Shown here piece by piece: positions 42,242 to 56,762 of a stretch of 62,287 nucleotides of DNA; positions within the stretch are counted from its first letter, which is position 1; each line of letters starts with the position of its first letter. The stretch is taken from contig ADNK01000465.1 of the NCBI GenBank assembly GCA_000320545.1, positions 1 through 62,287 on the forward strand, read 5' to 3'. A model generated the notes under the pieces. That model saw only the letters and a program-made list of their open reading frames with translations. It made no database searches and was not told where the DNA came from. Origin of the DNA: Bigelowiella natans CCMP2755. Taxonomy: Eukaryota > Protista > Cercozoa. The translations under genes and the position numbers were made by a program.

Positions 42242-42855
42242 TGTCGTCTGCCCAACTAGCCAAACTAGCGAAGTCAAATGACGCCACAGGCAAGTCGCAT
42301 CGTTTTGGCGCATGTCTCCAATCCAGTGAGCCAGAACTTGTCCGCATGCACGCAATCGCACGTGAAAGGAAGAAAAAAGAAAGATCAAGCGAACGCCACA
42401 ACATTGCCAGATGCGATCATCTCTGGATCTCGCTAGCTCGGTGCACACGATTCGCATTTCGGATCATCCCTCATTCGATCGCAGCGCTGCACGTGGCATG
42501 CAAGTGCGGTGGTGAAAATGGGTGCAATTTGTGCAATTGTGTGCTGTGCCGAGGCGTGTCATGTGAAGGTTGTCTAGCTAGCTAGGTTGCTTGGTTGTGC
42601 CCATGGCCAAAAAATGCGCGTCTAGTGCGCACACAAGCGTGTGGTGACCACGCGCAAAGTCCAGATCGAGCTGCGCAATGTGGGCAATGAGCACGCACGT
42701 CTGGACGTCAAATGCGTGAAATGGTCTAGTGATACTCCAGCGGCATTCAATGAAATTTGTTGTTTGCAGGGCTGGTAGGTGTTCCACAATCCAGATGCAC
42801 GGTTAGCCAGTGAACAAGCTTGTGAGGACAACAGAGAACAATGCACAATCAAAAT

Positions 42856-45699
42856 TTATTTGTCGTTTTTTTGTTTTCCGTCCTGCTCTTTCTTTTCCCC
42901 GGTGGGTGAACCAGCATCGTCCTTCACACTTTCATTTGAAGTCTTGGTCAGCTTCCCAGCCCCTGATTTGATGTCAAAAACTGCGCAAGTCCCGTCGTCG
43001 CCTGATGTTGATGCAGGATTGATGAGGTCGAGGTGTAACGTGGGAGGAAAGATATCCTACCTGCGGACAATACCCAGGCTCCTAAATTTAGGAAAAACGA
43101 TGCATCCTCATGAGACAATCAACACTACTGCATTTCGTTAAAACATATACCATCGTTTGAAACTGCTAAAGCCAGGATTGTATCGGAGTGGCCCCGAAGC
43201 TCACGCACTAAAGTTCCATTCTTTTCGCAAGAACAACATCAAAGTTGGGATTTTTGTTAGTTCTTTTAGCAGAAACAAACTGACGGTTGTTGTTATCCTC
43301 TTTTATCATGACCCTCACCCTCGCATCCCACAATTGAACCAAGGCGTCAGTCCCCGAAGTGTAGATCGCAGGAGCCTAGATTTACAGGAATAACATCTCT
43401 AAAAATGCAAGCTTGACGATCACGGAGTCTTTCACCTTGGGGTGCCATAAGGCCCTCGTCACTGCTCCCTGAAGTTCTATCTAAGAAACAGAACGAAAAC
43501 CTCATCAGACGACTTGTCGTTTGTTGTTAACGAGCCCTTAATACTGACCTTTGACCTGACTTCACCGGTGGAGATATCACTCACGATTATAGTCCCTGCT
43601 CAGTTATTTTCCATCATTGCATCAATGGCCTCGTTCTTCATTTCTAGGGATGGATTGAAAGATGACGCACTACCGTCTGCTGAGGCTGTGAAGACCCAGT
43701 CGAGGATCTTCGAGAACTCAGCTGCCTCCACTGACTGTTTATGCTCTTTTAATTCCTTCAACGGCTTACTTGCTTCTCGGGATAGGCTACATATCCTGTG
43801 GAGGGGGAGGGGTACGAGATGCGTTTTTTTTTGGGTTAAAAAGTGTGCACGCCGTCCGTCGCAGGCTCTGCTCAATTACCGCCATAATCTTCATAGGATA
43901 CTAACTTTTTGTTTGTGTTACCATGCAGATCCATCCTCTGCCCCTGTGACCATAATAGGCTTGCTATGGTGAACCTGCCCAAAGGACGATATTGACGTCA
44001 GTAACAACGCGGTGAGAGTGCCTATGCTGTGTTCCGATGGATGATGATGAATGACCGTAATGCACGTTAAAGGCGCCGTATGGTAGCCTCTGAGGCCAAT
44101 CGCCTCAAGTTTGTGGAGTTGTTCGCCTGACTTAGGCGACCACACGATCGCTTTCTTGTCGTATGATCCAGACACGGCTAGACGCCCGTTTTGGCTGTGG
44201 AAAGTATGAATTCCGTACACCGTACATTAAACAAGAGTATCACGAGGCAGACTCCATTGCGATGAAGGTACGACAACGAAGGCGCCGTTGAAGTCCCCCC
44301 GAAACACGACCCACCCAAAAGTCACTCGAATTCTCTCCAGGGTGGTGAAGTTCATGGGAAAAATTCTTTTAAGTTTACATCTTATCGGGTATTTGAGATT
44401 ACGCTGAAAACACTAGCAATCGACAAGCTACCACTTCATGTTCTACACTGTGCTGCTGCTGGTGATGTCATATGTAAATTGTGCGTAGAAGGGAAAAAAG
44501 ATACCTAAATGACCCACAACTCACAACATCGCTGTGCCCAGCGAAAACCTGCGACGACAGGCAAACATAACGATGAAACCTAAATCTATTTTCATCATTA
44601 TTATTTTTTTGAGTTTTGGAAATGAGAATAAAGTATCTACGACCACCTGCATACACTTCCCAGTCATTGCGTGCCACATCCACATCTGATCAATGAAAAA
44701 CAGAGACAAAAGTGAGCAGGCGCAACTCTCCGCTGAGCGCATAAGGTTTTTTGGACAGCTGCTTTGTACCGTTCCGTCGCCACAGCCAGCGATTATAACT
44801 GGCCCTTTTCGATGCCATCTGAACCAATATATCTACGCATATACATTGCAGCAGGGCGCCGGATTTTAGCGAAAGTTGTGAAGAGGAGTTGGAAGGAGAA
44901 TGTATTTACCTCTGTCTCCGGTCCTTTCAGGACTTTCACCTGAAGTTTGAATCAGCATCAGCATCATCCATCATAAGACTACAATACAAGAATACTTTTC
45001 CATTGGGCTTGTAAACTCTTATTGTCCCGTCCATTGATGCCGTGGCGTACGCGCTTTCGTCATTGTTCCAGCTGCATTGTTAAGCGTTAGAAGGGGAGAG
45101 GCACACTGCAAGTTTTTATGACGACCTAGCGTCAACAACAGTATCCTTGTGGCCCTTTAGTTCTCTCACAACTTTTCCAGTTTTCACATCCCAGAGTAAT
45201 GCCATATCCTCCTGAGAACCATGCAAAGCTATGTGGACGCCAACGCTCTCGGTCGGACGGCGCAGAGCATTAGACAAACCTGATCTCCCGAGAGTGCAAG
45301 TGATACGTCTGAGTTGACGCATACACAATGAACAGGACCTTTGTGCTCTGTAAACTTGATCAATGCATCGTCCTTCACATCAATTTCATCTTCAAATTTG
45401 CCTTCCAATGTCTCGTCTCCGTACTCGATTTCCTCCCCGTTCCCCCCCTCTTCTGCTGCCCCTCCTTCTGTTGGTGCTCCTTCAACTGAACCTCCTTTCC
45501 CTGATTCTACTGGACCACCCTCTTTTCCTAATCCTGACGTTCCACGAGGGTTTTCATCCCCAGAAGTAGGCATTTCGTCTTTGCTCCTAGAAAGGTTCAA
45601 CTCCTCCACGCGACTCTCTTTCTCCTCCTCCCCCCTCTCCTGATGCTGCTGCTGCTGCTGCTGCTGGGTCTGACTTTCTGCCTGCCCACCGTTATCCAT
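42856..45699 (-). CDS. AAMP/Sqt1-like WD40-repeat protein (multi-exon)
   Basis: Acidic N-terminus, then DDALIKFTEHKGPVHCV, DMALLWDVKTG..LKGHKDTV, ATASMDGTIRVY, WHRKGPVIIAGCGDG, MWMW..TGKCMQVFAGHSDVVSCGSF, SGSYDKKAIVWSPKSG and DDGTCAVFD. Stop is TAA at 42856-42858. Confidence 0.8.
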
Positions 45700-46080
45700 A
45701 TCACGTATTCTCGCCCCACAAGACGGCCGGGCGCAGACTCCGGGTACAGGCGAAGGGAAGGGGGACCGAATGCGATCAGTCCTCTGTCGCACCTCAATAC
45801 AATTTAAAATAATAATAATAAGATCGTTTTCATCCCTGCGACAACCTAATAATGATAATTATTGTTATTATTTCGCCTAGATCTATGCACCGGAGCAAAA
45901 AGGAAGACCCGAATTCCACACTTCGCCTCTTTTTGCCTCATTGCTGGCGCCGAAGCCATCCACCCCCCCCCCCCCGCCCTCAACAGCCGCGACTGGGCGT
46001 CAACAAAAACCAGATACGTGGATGAAAGGAGGAACTAGTTCAATACACTAAAGCCGCTTTGAAAGAGTTGGCCTGGAGAT

Positions 46081-48022
46081 ATGGATGATAGTGCTTGGAG
46101 ATGGCGTCGCACACAAAGGGGGAGGCAGGAAGGGGTATCCTTGCAAACGGAAAGTGGGCGGCGAGAGCGTGCTGCAGCCCGTCGTCACCGTCTTCATCTT
46201 CTATTTGTAATTGCTGTGGGGCTTAGCTTCTGTATATTAAGTCGCAGATCTTCCACGAATGCTCATCAAAACGGGCGATGTGGTGCTGTCCTCAACCAAG
46301 CAAGTTACTGCCCGCCGAGTAGCATTTGCCGCAAGTATCCCAACTTTCCACAAATCCAGAGACATCATCCAATCATTAAGAATACTGTAGGAGGGAGACT
46401 GGGTTTTAGTTCTTTGTTGCAAAGAGTGGGCTCGTGTGGGCTCCCCCCCCCCCATGGCAGTACTATCAGCCAATCTGCACACCCTCCGCCTAGGAGAACG
46501 GCCTCAGTAAAGGCCAATGTAAATAGTAATTCGGACCGTGGTAAAAATATGGCTTCGTTCCAGTCTTCTAGCTCCCCACCACACCCATCGTCCATCACTG
46601 CTCCCCCTGCAAGCGCATGGGTTCGTGCTCTTGAGGTTTTTCAAGCGATGAAGGAGGCGGGGGTGTCGCCAGACATACGGACGTACAATGATTTGATTAC
46701 TATTTGCCATCGATGCGGGAAATTAGACAAAGCTGCGCAGCTTTATGCGACAATGAAATCCGAAGGCCTCCGCCTTGACGCGCGGACATTCACGACAGTG
46801 GCAGGAGTATTCAGCAAGCTCTCTGATTGGCAGAGCGCCCTGGCTCTTATTGATGAAGCTGAAGCCAGCAATATCAAGCCAGGTTACATTTTGTACACGA
46901 ATGTGATTTCTGCCTGTGCAAAAAAGGGAGAGTGGGGGCATGCACTAGGCCTCATCTCAAAAATGAAAGCGTCCTCAGTAGCCCCTAATCGCATAACGTA
47001 CAATGCTGCCATTCACGCGTGCTGCAAGGCCGGCCAGCGCGAGATCGGAGCGAAATTGGTGGAAGAAATGAAGGACCAGAGCCTTGGGGTGGACGTGGTC
47101 ACGTACACCTCGCTAATTGCTGGCCACATGTGGGCGAAAGATATCAAGAGTGTCATCGGCACCTTCAAACAGATGCAGGCGGACAAGGTGAAACCGAATG
47201 GCCAAACATACGCATCTGTACTCACGGCTCTTACGACCGCTGGGCTCTGGAAGAGCGCGCTCGACGCCTACTCGAACGTGCTTGAGCAGCGGGTCAGTGT
47301 GCCCACCAGTATCCACAACATGGCCATCTCATCACACCTAAGGCTGGGCGAGTGGCTCCAAGCCGTGAAGGCGTACATGAGGATGAGGAACGAGCGCATC
47401 AGCCAGGACATTCATTCGCACTGCCTCGCCGTCCAGGCTCATTTCTTTGGCGGCCAGCATGAATCAGGCATGCGGTTTGTGAATCAAATAGTCGAGATGC
47501 AGGCGTCTGATACGAATGCAGCCTCCTCCCAGGCGGCCAGCGAGCCTCGGCTCAAGCTATTCACGGCAGCCTTAAAAGGGTGCGAGAAGAACGGTTTATG
47601 GAGAGAGGCCATTCAGTTAGTCAATGAGAGCGAGCTTCGATACAACATCAGCTCGGAGCAGATCTTCAACTCTGCCATCGGAGCATGCACGCGAGCTCGT
47701 AGGATGACGGAGGCGTTCAAGCTGTACAGCCGAATGAAGCAGAGAGGGGGCTTGCGTCCGTCCCCAGCGACCTTCGCCCCGCTCCTAGCTGCCACCGCCC
47801 AAGCTCAAGTTGTTAAGACCAAAACAACAACGAATAACAACAACAACTATAGCTCCTCAACGCCGCCCAGTGATCTAGCTTCTTCTTCTGCGTGGGAGCT
47901 GGCACTGCAAGTGGAAGCCGAGATGAATGTAGCTGCGATCCCGCTCGACATCGTCACCTTCACCGCCCTCATAACAGCGCTAGGCAAGGCGGGGAAGTGG
48001 CAGCGGGTGAGAGCACATCGTC

Positions 48023-48058
<36 letters not shown>

Positions 48059-48348
48059 GTAACGGTGAGGGAAGTTAGGGAGTGGCGCACAGGCACACAG
48101 TGAACAGAGAGTTATATCCTTTTTAAGACTCCCGTACACCATGGTGGTTTACAATGTGTATTTTGTGGTCTACTCTATGAATCCAGGCCGTCGCAGCTTA
48201 CGATCGAATGGTGGCAAACCACGTGGAACCGAACGAGATCACGCACAGCGCTCTTATAACTGGATTCGGTATTTTATATAGATGGAGCCCCCCCCACCCG
48301 GAGGCGCTCCTATCTGTCTCGTTTCCTTGTTCCATCACCTCCCCTCCC

Positions 48349-48386
<38 letters not shown>

Positions 48387-49033
48387 TTCCTCTATAAAAA
48401 TGTCTCCGAACTGCCCTTTAGGGAATGGGCTTCAGTGGCAGCGAGCTCTCGACGCTTTTGAGAAGTGCGAGGAAAGCGCGAAATCGAGAGGGGCACAAGT
48501 TGGAGAGATGCCGTATTCCTGCTTAGCCTCCGCGATGGGTATGGCGTATTTGTGGTTCATTCGAGCTGTTCAAATTCCCACGCCGGGTTTAGAAAGGGGA
48601 GGCAAAAAAAAGAAGCTGAGTATGCGTAGTATGCGTGGAAAAGAGATGTACAATGTGCTCTTCCGTTTTTCGAATGTATAACCTCCTACTTACGATTCAA
48701 GTTACTATCTCCGTACAGTAATGGCTCATTTATGATCCCGTTTTCCCTCCCCCCCCCTTCCGCCGCGTCTCTTCTCTTTCTGCATTTCTAGGAAAATCGC
48801 GACAGTGGGAGAGGGTCCTCCAAGTTTTGCATAGCTATGAGAGAACGCAAGGTCATTTGCGTTTGTGGAGGGGGGGATAATGGAGTGGAAGTGTGGTAGC
48901 ATGTGCTGCGGTAGGGATGATAGGGGTGGTGGAGAAATCATCGGAATCGCACAAACTGAGTGCCTATGCGCTAAGTGAGAACTACGCATGCGCGCGCGCA
49001 CACACACACATACTGAAAGACAGAAGAGAGAGA

Positions 49034-49077
<44 letters not shown>

Positions 49078-49888
49078 AGAGGGACACGTTTTATTTTAAC
49101 ATTGCTTTTATTTTCATATCGTCCCCCCCCCCCCCGCCCGACGTACAGACCCTCTAGGTGTTGTCATGTACAACAGCGTGCTCTGGGCCCTGGCAAGATG
49201 CGGCCGCGTCGATGAGGCGGAGAGGCTGCTAGGCGAGATGCTACCCCACCTCCATGACGACAAGCTTCTCCATTCGTTCATCACACCAGCAACAAATCTT
49301 CGCTCCTCCGCTCCTCCTAGCGCATCTTCCAGTGCCTCCCCCCCCGCGCCAAAATCGGCCCCAAGTGAAGAGCTCGATGGGATTGAGGCCGAGGAAGACG
49401 AAAGCGGCGCCTCCCCCCAAATTAGCAGCGGCGCGAAGCTGATACCTGCTCCAAACGTCGCATCGTGGGGGGGGGTCATCGAGGCATGCGCGCGCGCTAA
49501 CGATTGGCCCCGGGCGCTACGGCTATTTCAAGAAATGGTGGTCCTGCAGCCTTCAACGAAAGCGACTCTGCCGATGGCGGTGCGGCTGCTGAACCTGATG
49601 CTGGGGAATAAGCAGTGGGGGGAGGCTATTTCGGTGTTCGATGCTTTGCTCAAGCAAGGCGTGCCGATGGATCGGTACAAGTACACGGCAGCCATTACGG
49701 CCTGCGTGCGGTCGAAGGACAGCTATTTGGTCAATGTGAAGGCTCACAATCTCTTCCGTGACATGCGGTGCGTCCTAGTTGCAAGCAAGGAGTTGGTTGT
49801 CGATATATTGTTGGGCTATGATTCTCCCCCTTTTTTTTTGCAACCCCAGCTTCCGAAACTTTTCTGGACTTTCTTGGAAATAACCATA

Positions 49889-49968
<80 letters not shown>

Positions 49969-51546
49969 CGTGCACGCGGTTTGCTTAATATGCCGCAACA
50001 GAAACAAGAACATCGTTCCTGGCGTCGTCGAGTACGGAGCCATAATCCACGCATGTGCAAAGGAGAAGAATCTCCAAAGGGCGATGTTGCTGTTCGACCA
50101 AATGCACGATGAAGGTGTCGAGCCCGATGTGGCCATCTACACCTCGCTGGTAGGTTTTGACAGAGAGATCTTCCATTCAGGAAGAAGAAACTGCGTGATT
50201 TCGTCGGTTTTTGAGCCAAATTGTAGTACGCCCCCCCCCCTTACTGTGATCGTCTCCATGTCTCCCTCTAATCTCTACCGCCCTCCCCAGATAAAGGCAT
50301 GCGCGCATTCAAACGAGTGGGAGAGGGCTCTGAATCTGTTTTCGGTAGTGACATTAATGCAAGCTTCTGTTAGTAAAAACGCGTTGACATTCTATGTGAG
50401 CAAGTACGTGGAATAGCGGCTAGGTTTGTCGTGTCCCAAAAGACATTATCGTCGTCTTCGTTCTTCTGCTGTTACCATTGCTGCTGCTGCTGATAGCCTA
50501 CTGACCTATCCCTCAGGACCTCGAGCAAATGTGCGAAATAGATCCTCAGAAAGAGCCACCGAATCTATTGACCTACAACGCCCTGATCACCACCCTCATT
50601 AACTGCCGACAACGACACAAAGCAATGCTCGTGTTTGAGGATATGGTAGACAACCAGGCGGCGCTCACCCCCGACCGCGTGACCTACGACAGGCTGATAC
50701 AGGGGTAATGATTAGGGAAAGAATAACAATTGAAGAAATAAACCAGAACTTATCGACGCACTGGCTTCATGGCACAGCGCCAATTTACGCATTCCAGCGC
50801 ACTGGGATTTGTGAATCGAAATCGTTTTGGAAAATAGTTGGGAGGAGGGGGGGGGTACGTGGTAGCAGTGGCAGCAGCAATGCCACCAGTCCTCCATTTT
50901 TCCTTGTCTGAATCGTTTTTTGGATGTTCTCTAGCTTCGAGGTCAAGGGCGAGTGGGAGACGATTTTGTCGTTAATGCAGCAAATGCAAAATGATGACCA
51001 CAATGCTGGTAAGTCCCCATTACATTATCATTCTCTTTTCTCATGGAGTGGCCACTTATTTATCATCATTATGGTTGTCCTCATTTGTCGTCATCGTCAT
51101 CCTCCATCCTCTTCTTCGCCTCATCCTCATCTTCATCAACCATGTCACAGGCGTTGCGCCGACAGCGGTCACCTACCATCGCGCGATCTCGGCTTGTCAG
51201 CAGCGCGGGGCATGGGAGCGAGCCTTGGACTTCTACAACGAAATGGTGGATCGAGACCTCAAACTCCGAGAGAACACCTACTTGGTAGTATTGTTGGCTT
51301 CGTGGCCATCTTTTGCCTTCATTATGTTCTCTTATCGCGATAAGATGTTGCGTTCTACGGGCCTCAATAAATGTGCGAATCCTGACGAACCCCTCCCCCC
51401 CCCCCCCCCTCCCGCCATAGGCGCTCTATGATGCTTGCTACGAGGCCAACAAGCCGGATATCGCAGCTCAGTTCTACACGTTCCTGCAGCAGTCGACAGA
51501 AGATAAGCCGCTCGCGGCGAAGTTCAAGGATGACAGAGTAATATAG
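46081..51546 (+). CDS. Pentatricopeptide-repeat (PPR) protein, probably organelle-targeted (multi-exon)
   Basis: Many PPR motifs (PDIRTYNDLITIC, PNRITYNAAIHACCKAG, DVVTYTSLI, YNSVLWALARCG, PDVAIYTSL). A hydrophobic N-terminal stretch LLFVIAVGLSFCIL is followed by an S/P/R-rich segment. The last exon ends at TAG 51544-51546. Confidence 0.88.
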
Positions 51547-54500
51547 TGATGATTGGATAGTAATAGTAGCTTTGTAGAAGTAGCTTTCGCAGCGACATTA
51601 TGGATTCGATAATATTACCATATCTAGACATACATGGAGGTGCATGTTGACATGTGTTATACATGTACTCATCTGTGTGTGTATTTGCGTTGTTTAGTTC
51701 TTCGACGATGAAGAGGAGGATGACGACGCTTACAATGCATATGATCCAGAGCCGCTGGAATCTGAGCCATCACTCATTGACGTCTACGACCAATAGCCTC
51801 ATTGGTATGTGCATGCTCTATGTCATCAAGAATGTCTAAAATGATGTCTTCAGATGTAATTGTACATCTCCAATGCACAATTGCGCTAGCATCACAATGA
51901 AGGCACACCATGCTCGTCTCTCGCTAGCTCGCGCTGCTCTGTCGTTGTCATAGCTAGGCGAGCTTGCCTGTAGTCACATGCGATGCGTTGTTCCACGTCA
52001 TTTTGCTCGTGCATGTCTAGATGTGTTTCATTGCAACGCAGGCTGCATGTAGACGTACGTAGCTGGCTTGGCTAGCGTAGCCTCGCTAGCTTGCTGCTAG
52101 CTTGTGTGCACTAGTGCAACACAGCTCCAGAGCTAGACAGCTCCAAATAGCACTAGATGTGGTCAGTTTGCGACCACCAAATGCATGTAAGCGCGCATGT
52201 ACATGCACAGTGCAAATGGTAGTGCATGCTGTGCTTTGTCATGTCTGACATTTTCATGTGAGCATGCTCATGCAGGTTCAGGCCATCGTTCCTGTGTGTT
52301 AGTTGGTCACATGGGGGCATGTAACGTGAGTTGCATGCCCGGAAACATGGTTGTAGGAGGGGGGCATGCAATTGGAAACATCCTTCTCGGTTGTTTCCCC
52401 AACCGTGGATGTTTCCAGGAGCACCCTCGGTGTTTCACTTACGACATGGAGTCGGCTTACGTGTTGCAATGTCACAGGGGAAAATGGCCTACATTTTCCC
52501 CAATGTTTTAGGCAACTGCTGCTGCGTAGCATGTTGCTGCTGGGGACGCTGTGTGCCCAGCACATGATGTGCATTGGCGCGCAACGCGCTAGTTTGGCAT
52601 GCTCCAAAAGACCCGCAAGCAAGCGGTAAGCTTTCTCCTTTGGCAGCATGCTCATGCATGCTCATGTCATGTCATCCATTCAACAGGGTTTTAGTTTTGT
52701 GGATTTGAAGCATTGTCAAAGCATGCATTGCACAGTTGTGTTGTTAGCGCTGCGCAACACAACAACACTAGAGTGGACTGTGTCCATCATCATTCATTCA
52801 GTCTTCTATCTTGCATGGCTGTATCAGCGAGTTATGTAGTTATGTTATAACGCTAGCCGGATGCATCAATGATACTGCATCGCACATTTGTGACTCAGAA
52901 CGTACTTCTAGACAGTAGACGAATGCCACTAATAAGGCATATCTAGATGTAAGCTATTGCATCGCATGCTAGATGTAATGAACAATTTTACATTGCTCAT
53001 GCCGCACGTTGTGTATCTAACCTTTCTAGTCTGTATGTAAAATAGAGTTGTGCCGTTGCTACGTTTAACAAATCATCGCGAGAGCAAAGTGGGCAGGATT
53101 TCTCCTTCTTTGTTGATGGAAATTTCAGCGGTTATGCTTACGGAACACTTCGTCGATGTAGTAACAAGTAATGGGGGGAAGGGTTTTAAAGTCTATTCAG
53201 TTTAGCCCGCCCATTGTCGCCGCCAACTCTCTTTAGCTTCTAATACCCACCCTATAGACTGAGACATGCATCAATCGATGCGATGATAACATGTCTATGT
53301 CTAATTCTCGTGAGGTATTATTTCAAACTCCTGGATTCTCGCCACAACCACGACATATTTTGAGCATAAGATGTTGGAAGAAGTCCGATCCTCACATGCA
53401 CATGTCCGAATAGTCAAGCAGTCTTTAAAAAAAAAAATCAAAGCCTCTATTTCCACTTATCAGGACAAATACTCTTTTCAAAGATACGAACTAGCAGTGC
53501 CAAAAAGGGGTCATAAAATCCTGAAATCCTCCATTTTACGCTTTTCAGGAGACACTCCGAACAAGTACAAGATGATGATAATAGCGATAATGTGATATTC
53601 TCTTGATCGAGTGTTTAACATCCTGCTCACGCATTTCTCTTTGGATATCCTTTCTTTTTCTGTAAAGATGACGACAAGATTGTGATAGCCAGTATCCATC
53701 TGCGACTCGAACAATTGGGAATGTACGAGGAGTTTAGTGTGTTCACGTGTATCTTCCAACGCAAGATCCAAGAGGTTTCGTATGCGAGAAAGTTTGCCCC
53801 TCAATATGAGTGGATTTCAGCTGCAGACCCCCCTTTCCGGCCGGAGAACAAGTTTAAGTGAAATCATTTTCATGTCTCGAATGTAATGAAAGGAAAATCG
53901 AATGTGTTTTTCACAATGAGATAACACTAGTAACGCTGCCTGAGAATGCGGTATAGGTTTGCCTGCTGAAAAGTGCAAAATCGGATAATCTGAACTGGAT
54001 CTCCCCCGGGCAAAGGTGGGGTTCTTCTCATCAATACTGGTCTGCAGATCATGGCAGCATTGTAGAAAATTGTAATGCTGATCGAGTGTCTCATTTCACT
54101 CTTCTCCGCCCTTTTTGCGCTCTCCTGTGGGGTGTGATCGTGTACGAACGTACGAACAGTCCATCACTGATCCCGGTCTATGATGTAGGTCAGGATGTAA
54201 GTTCCATCATTTAATTTGACGCTGACGTACTCTCGCACCCCCTCGGGAGGTGAGTTCTATACGTGCATACGGCAAAGTCAATTCGAAACAGTTTCCACGT
54301 GCACGCTTGGAATGGCGGGGGAAGTAGCTTGCTTTCTTGCTTGCAGCTGCTGCTGCTCCATCAATCGGTGGGATTTAGGTAATTCCACCTCAGTAGGCTC
54401 TTCTGTCATTGTTCGGTCACTATGAACCAGCTAGATCTAATTGTCGGAAAAGCATGGGATTTTCACAGTTAGAATTCCTTTTTTAGTGTCAATCTACTGC

Positions 54501-55179
54501 TTGAGTTGTCGTAAGCTGAAAATGGATGGACTTCTCGAAAACAACCATCTTTCTCCTTGCCAGTCTCACTTCCTTCGTAGATCTGATCTTCCTGTACGTG
54601 ATCTATGCCCCCCCCCCCCTGTAGATCTAGTTCTTGCGTGCGTGTATTTTCCAGTAACAATGCGAATTTCAATGTTTAAACATTCACTTTGCGTGATAGA
54701 AGCCAAAGGGATGTTTTCCGATGCTGGACTCCCTACTCCAAGTTCCAAGGAGCAGGTGATAGAAGAAAGTTAATTCTCACTTCTCTTGACTACTCACGCA
54801 TCATTGTGCAGTACATTTGGATGTGTGGAATCTGTGGACACATGAGAAAGTATGAACACATGAAAAGCATGGTCGGGAACAAGAGAAAGCGTTTGAATGT
54901 AATAGCTGTGTTCTTCGTGTTTTCTTTGGCTCACTCGATATTCAAAATTTTAAGAATTATTTTTCGTTTGTCAAAAGTTCAATGATAGATGTTCTGTGAA
55001 GTCTTTGTTTTTCCTTAACATGCACATACATTTCCAGCTTTTTGAAAATTTGTACAAAATGTCTTGTCAAAAGTTGAGTAATGTCCTGTTTCATTTCCTA
55101 CCTCAATCGGGGTGAAAAATTGGATGCATTAACGGAATTAACGATGCACATGTACAACTGCACGTTCATCTGAACACGT

Positions 55180-55182
<3 letters not shown>

Positions 55183-55252
<70 letters not shown>
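55183..55252. repeat. (GA)n microsatellite
   Basis: Direct reading. Confidence 0.95.
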
Positions 55253-55256
<4 letters not shown>

Positions 55257-56762
55257 AGTACGAAGGGGGGCGGTTCTAACTAAATACTGCGACTTAATTT
55301 CATAACAATTCAAGGCTTGCGCTCGTTCCTTGAAGAAAATTCTGTTGACATTGCAGGAGCCGAGATACCTTGCTAGAGAAACGCTTCAGTAGCAGCACAT
55401 GAACATACGAATGCAAACGATACCCCTACAATTGTAATGATACATCATCCGATAGCATGCTATGAACCAACCATTTTCATTCGTTGTGTAAGCATCTTGT
55501 ATGTTCATTGTGTCGCTGAGACTTGTTATTAATCATAGTCGCATACTGAAGTTCGAGAAAAAGAACGCTGTCCGCTCAAAAAAAGAGTAAAGATGTACGT
55601 GCCGCACCCCTGCCCTAGTACCATTACCATTCATCCTTTAGGTACAACAGCAATGAAGCTGCTGATCCAGAACAGACGTTTAGATGGGGTGGACTGCTCG
55701 AGGTACCATTTGCTGCTCTTCTTCAATCTGCAAGAAACTCGAGGGGGGAAATGTGTTTTTTGCAGGTCCTAGTGCGTATAACAGAATCCGGAACAACCAG
55801 AGAAGCTGCTTTAGAATCGGTTCTGTCGTAAATACAGTAAATACGAATTCGTCAGTCAATCAATCAAAGGCTATCTAATCCCTGTGATGTCATAGCCAAG
55901 CTGTACTTTCCCCTCTTCGTCATTCGTAAAAGTCATCATGAGTTGTGACATAACTAGAATGTCATTTACATTCGTTTCTCGATATCTTGACATGAGCAGC
56001 GATTGGTGCTCTGGCTGGTTCTCCAAACCCAACTTTGAGAACTTAATTTGGTACGCTCATGGTTATTAGTTTGAACGGTGGAGCAAAAAGTCACAGGAGA
56101 ATAGAGAGGAATTTAAGCGAAGGTCGTCTTTTCTTTTCCCTACCGAAAACCGGCAGTGCTCCCCTTCCCCATTCTATTCCTACTCGTTTCGCCAAGTTGG
56201 CTCCCCGATTTCGCATCGATGAAAAGAGACCTTTTCACTTCTGCCTCGACTAGCAGTTGTCTCAGAGCAAAACTCATGCATTTATTGACGACACATTAAT
56301 AAAGAAGCAGAAATTTGTGGTATTAGCGGTTTGTCGCCCAAAGGTGGTACCGTGTTTTCTCGAGATGCCTATGTAGTAATGATGTGATCCATGGTAGTTC
56401 AATGTTTGATGTTCAATGAAAACGTTGACGTGGATCAATTCAAATATAAGGAATCACCATTGCAATCATCGCTATCTCTCATCACCTTTCAATGTTATTC
56501 TTCTAGAGAAGCAAGCTCTCGTTGTACGCTCATTGAAGAATACCTAGCTGAGGTGTGCTTCGGCTCTACTTTTGATTAGAATATTGCACGAAAAACGTTT
56601 GCACTGGAAACGACTATGCATGTCATCATCATTTTCGAATTCTTATTCCGTGATTTCAGTTGTTAGTAGAAGCGGATTTTGTATCGTCGTCACGTCATCA
56701 CATTGTCAGCTGATATTGTACTGTGTGCGTGTGTGTGTGTGTGTGTGTGGTGTGATCGGTAG

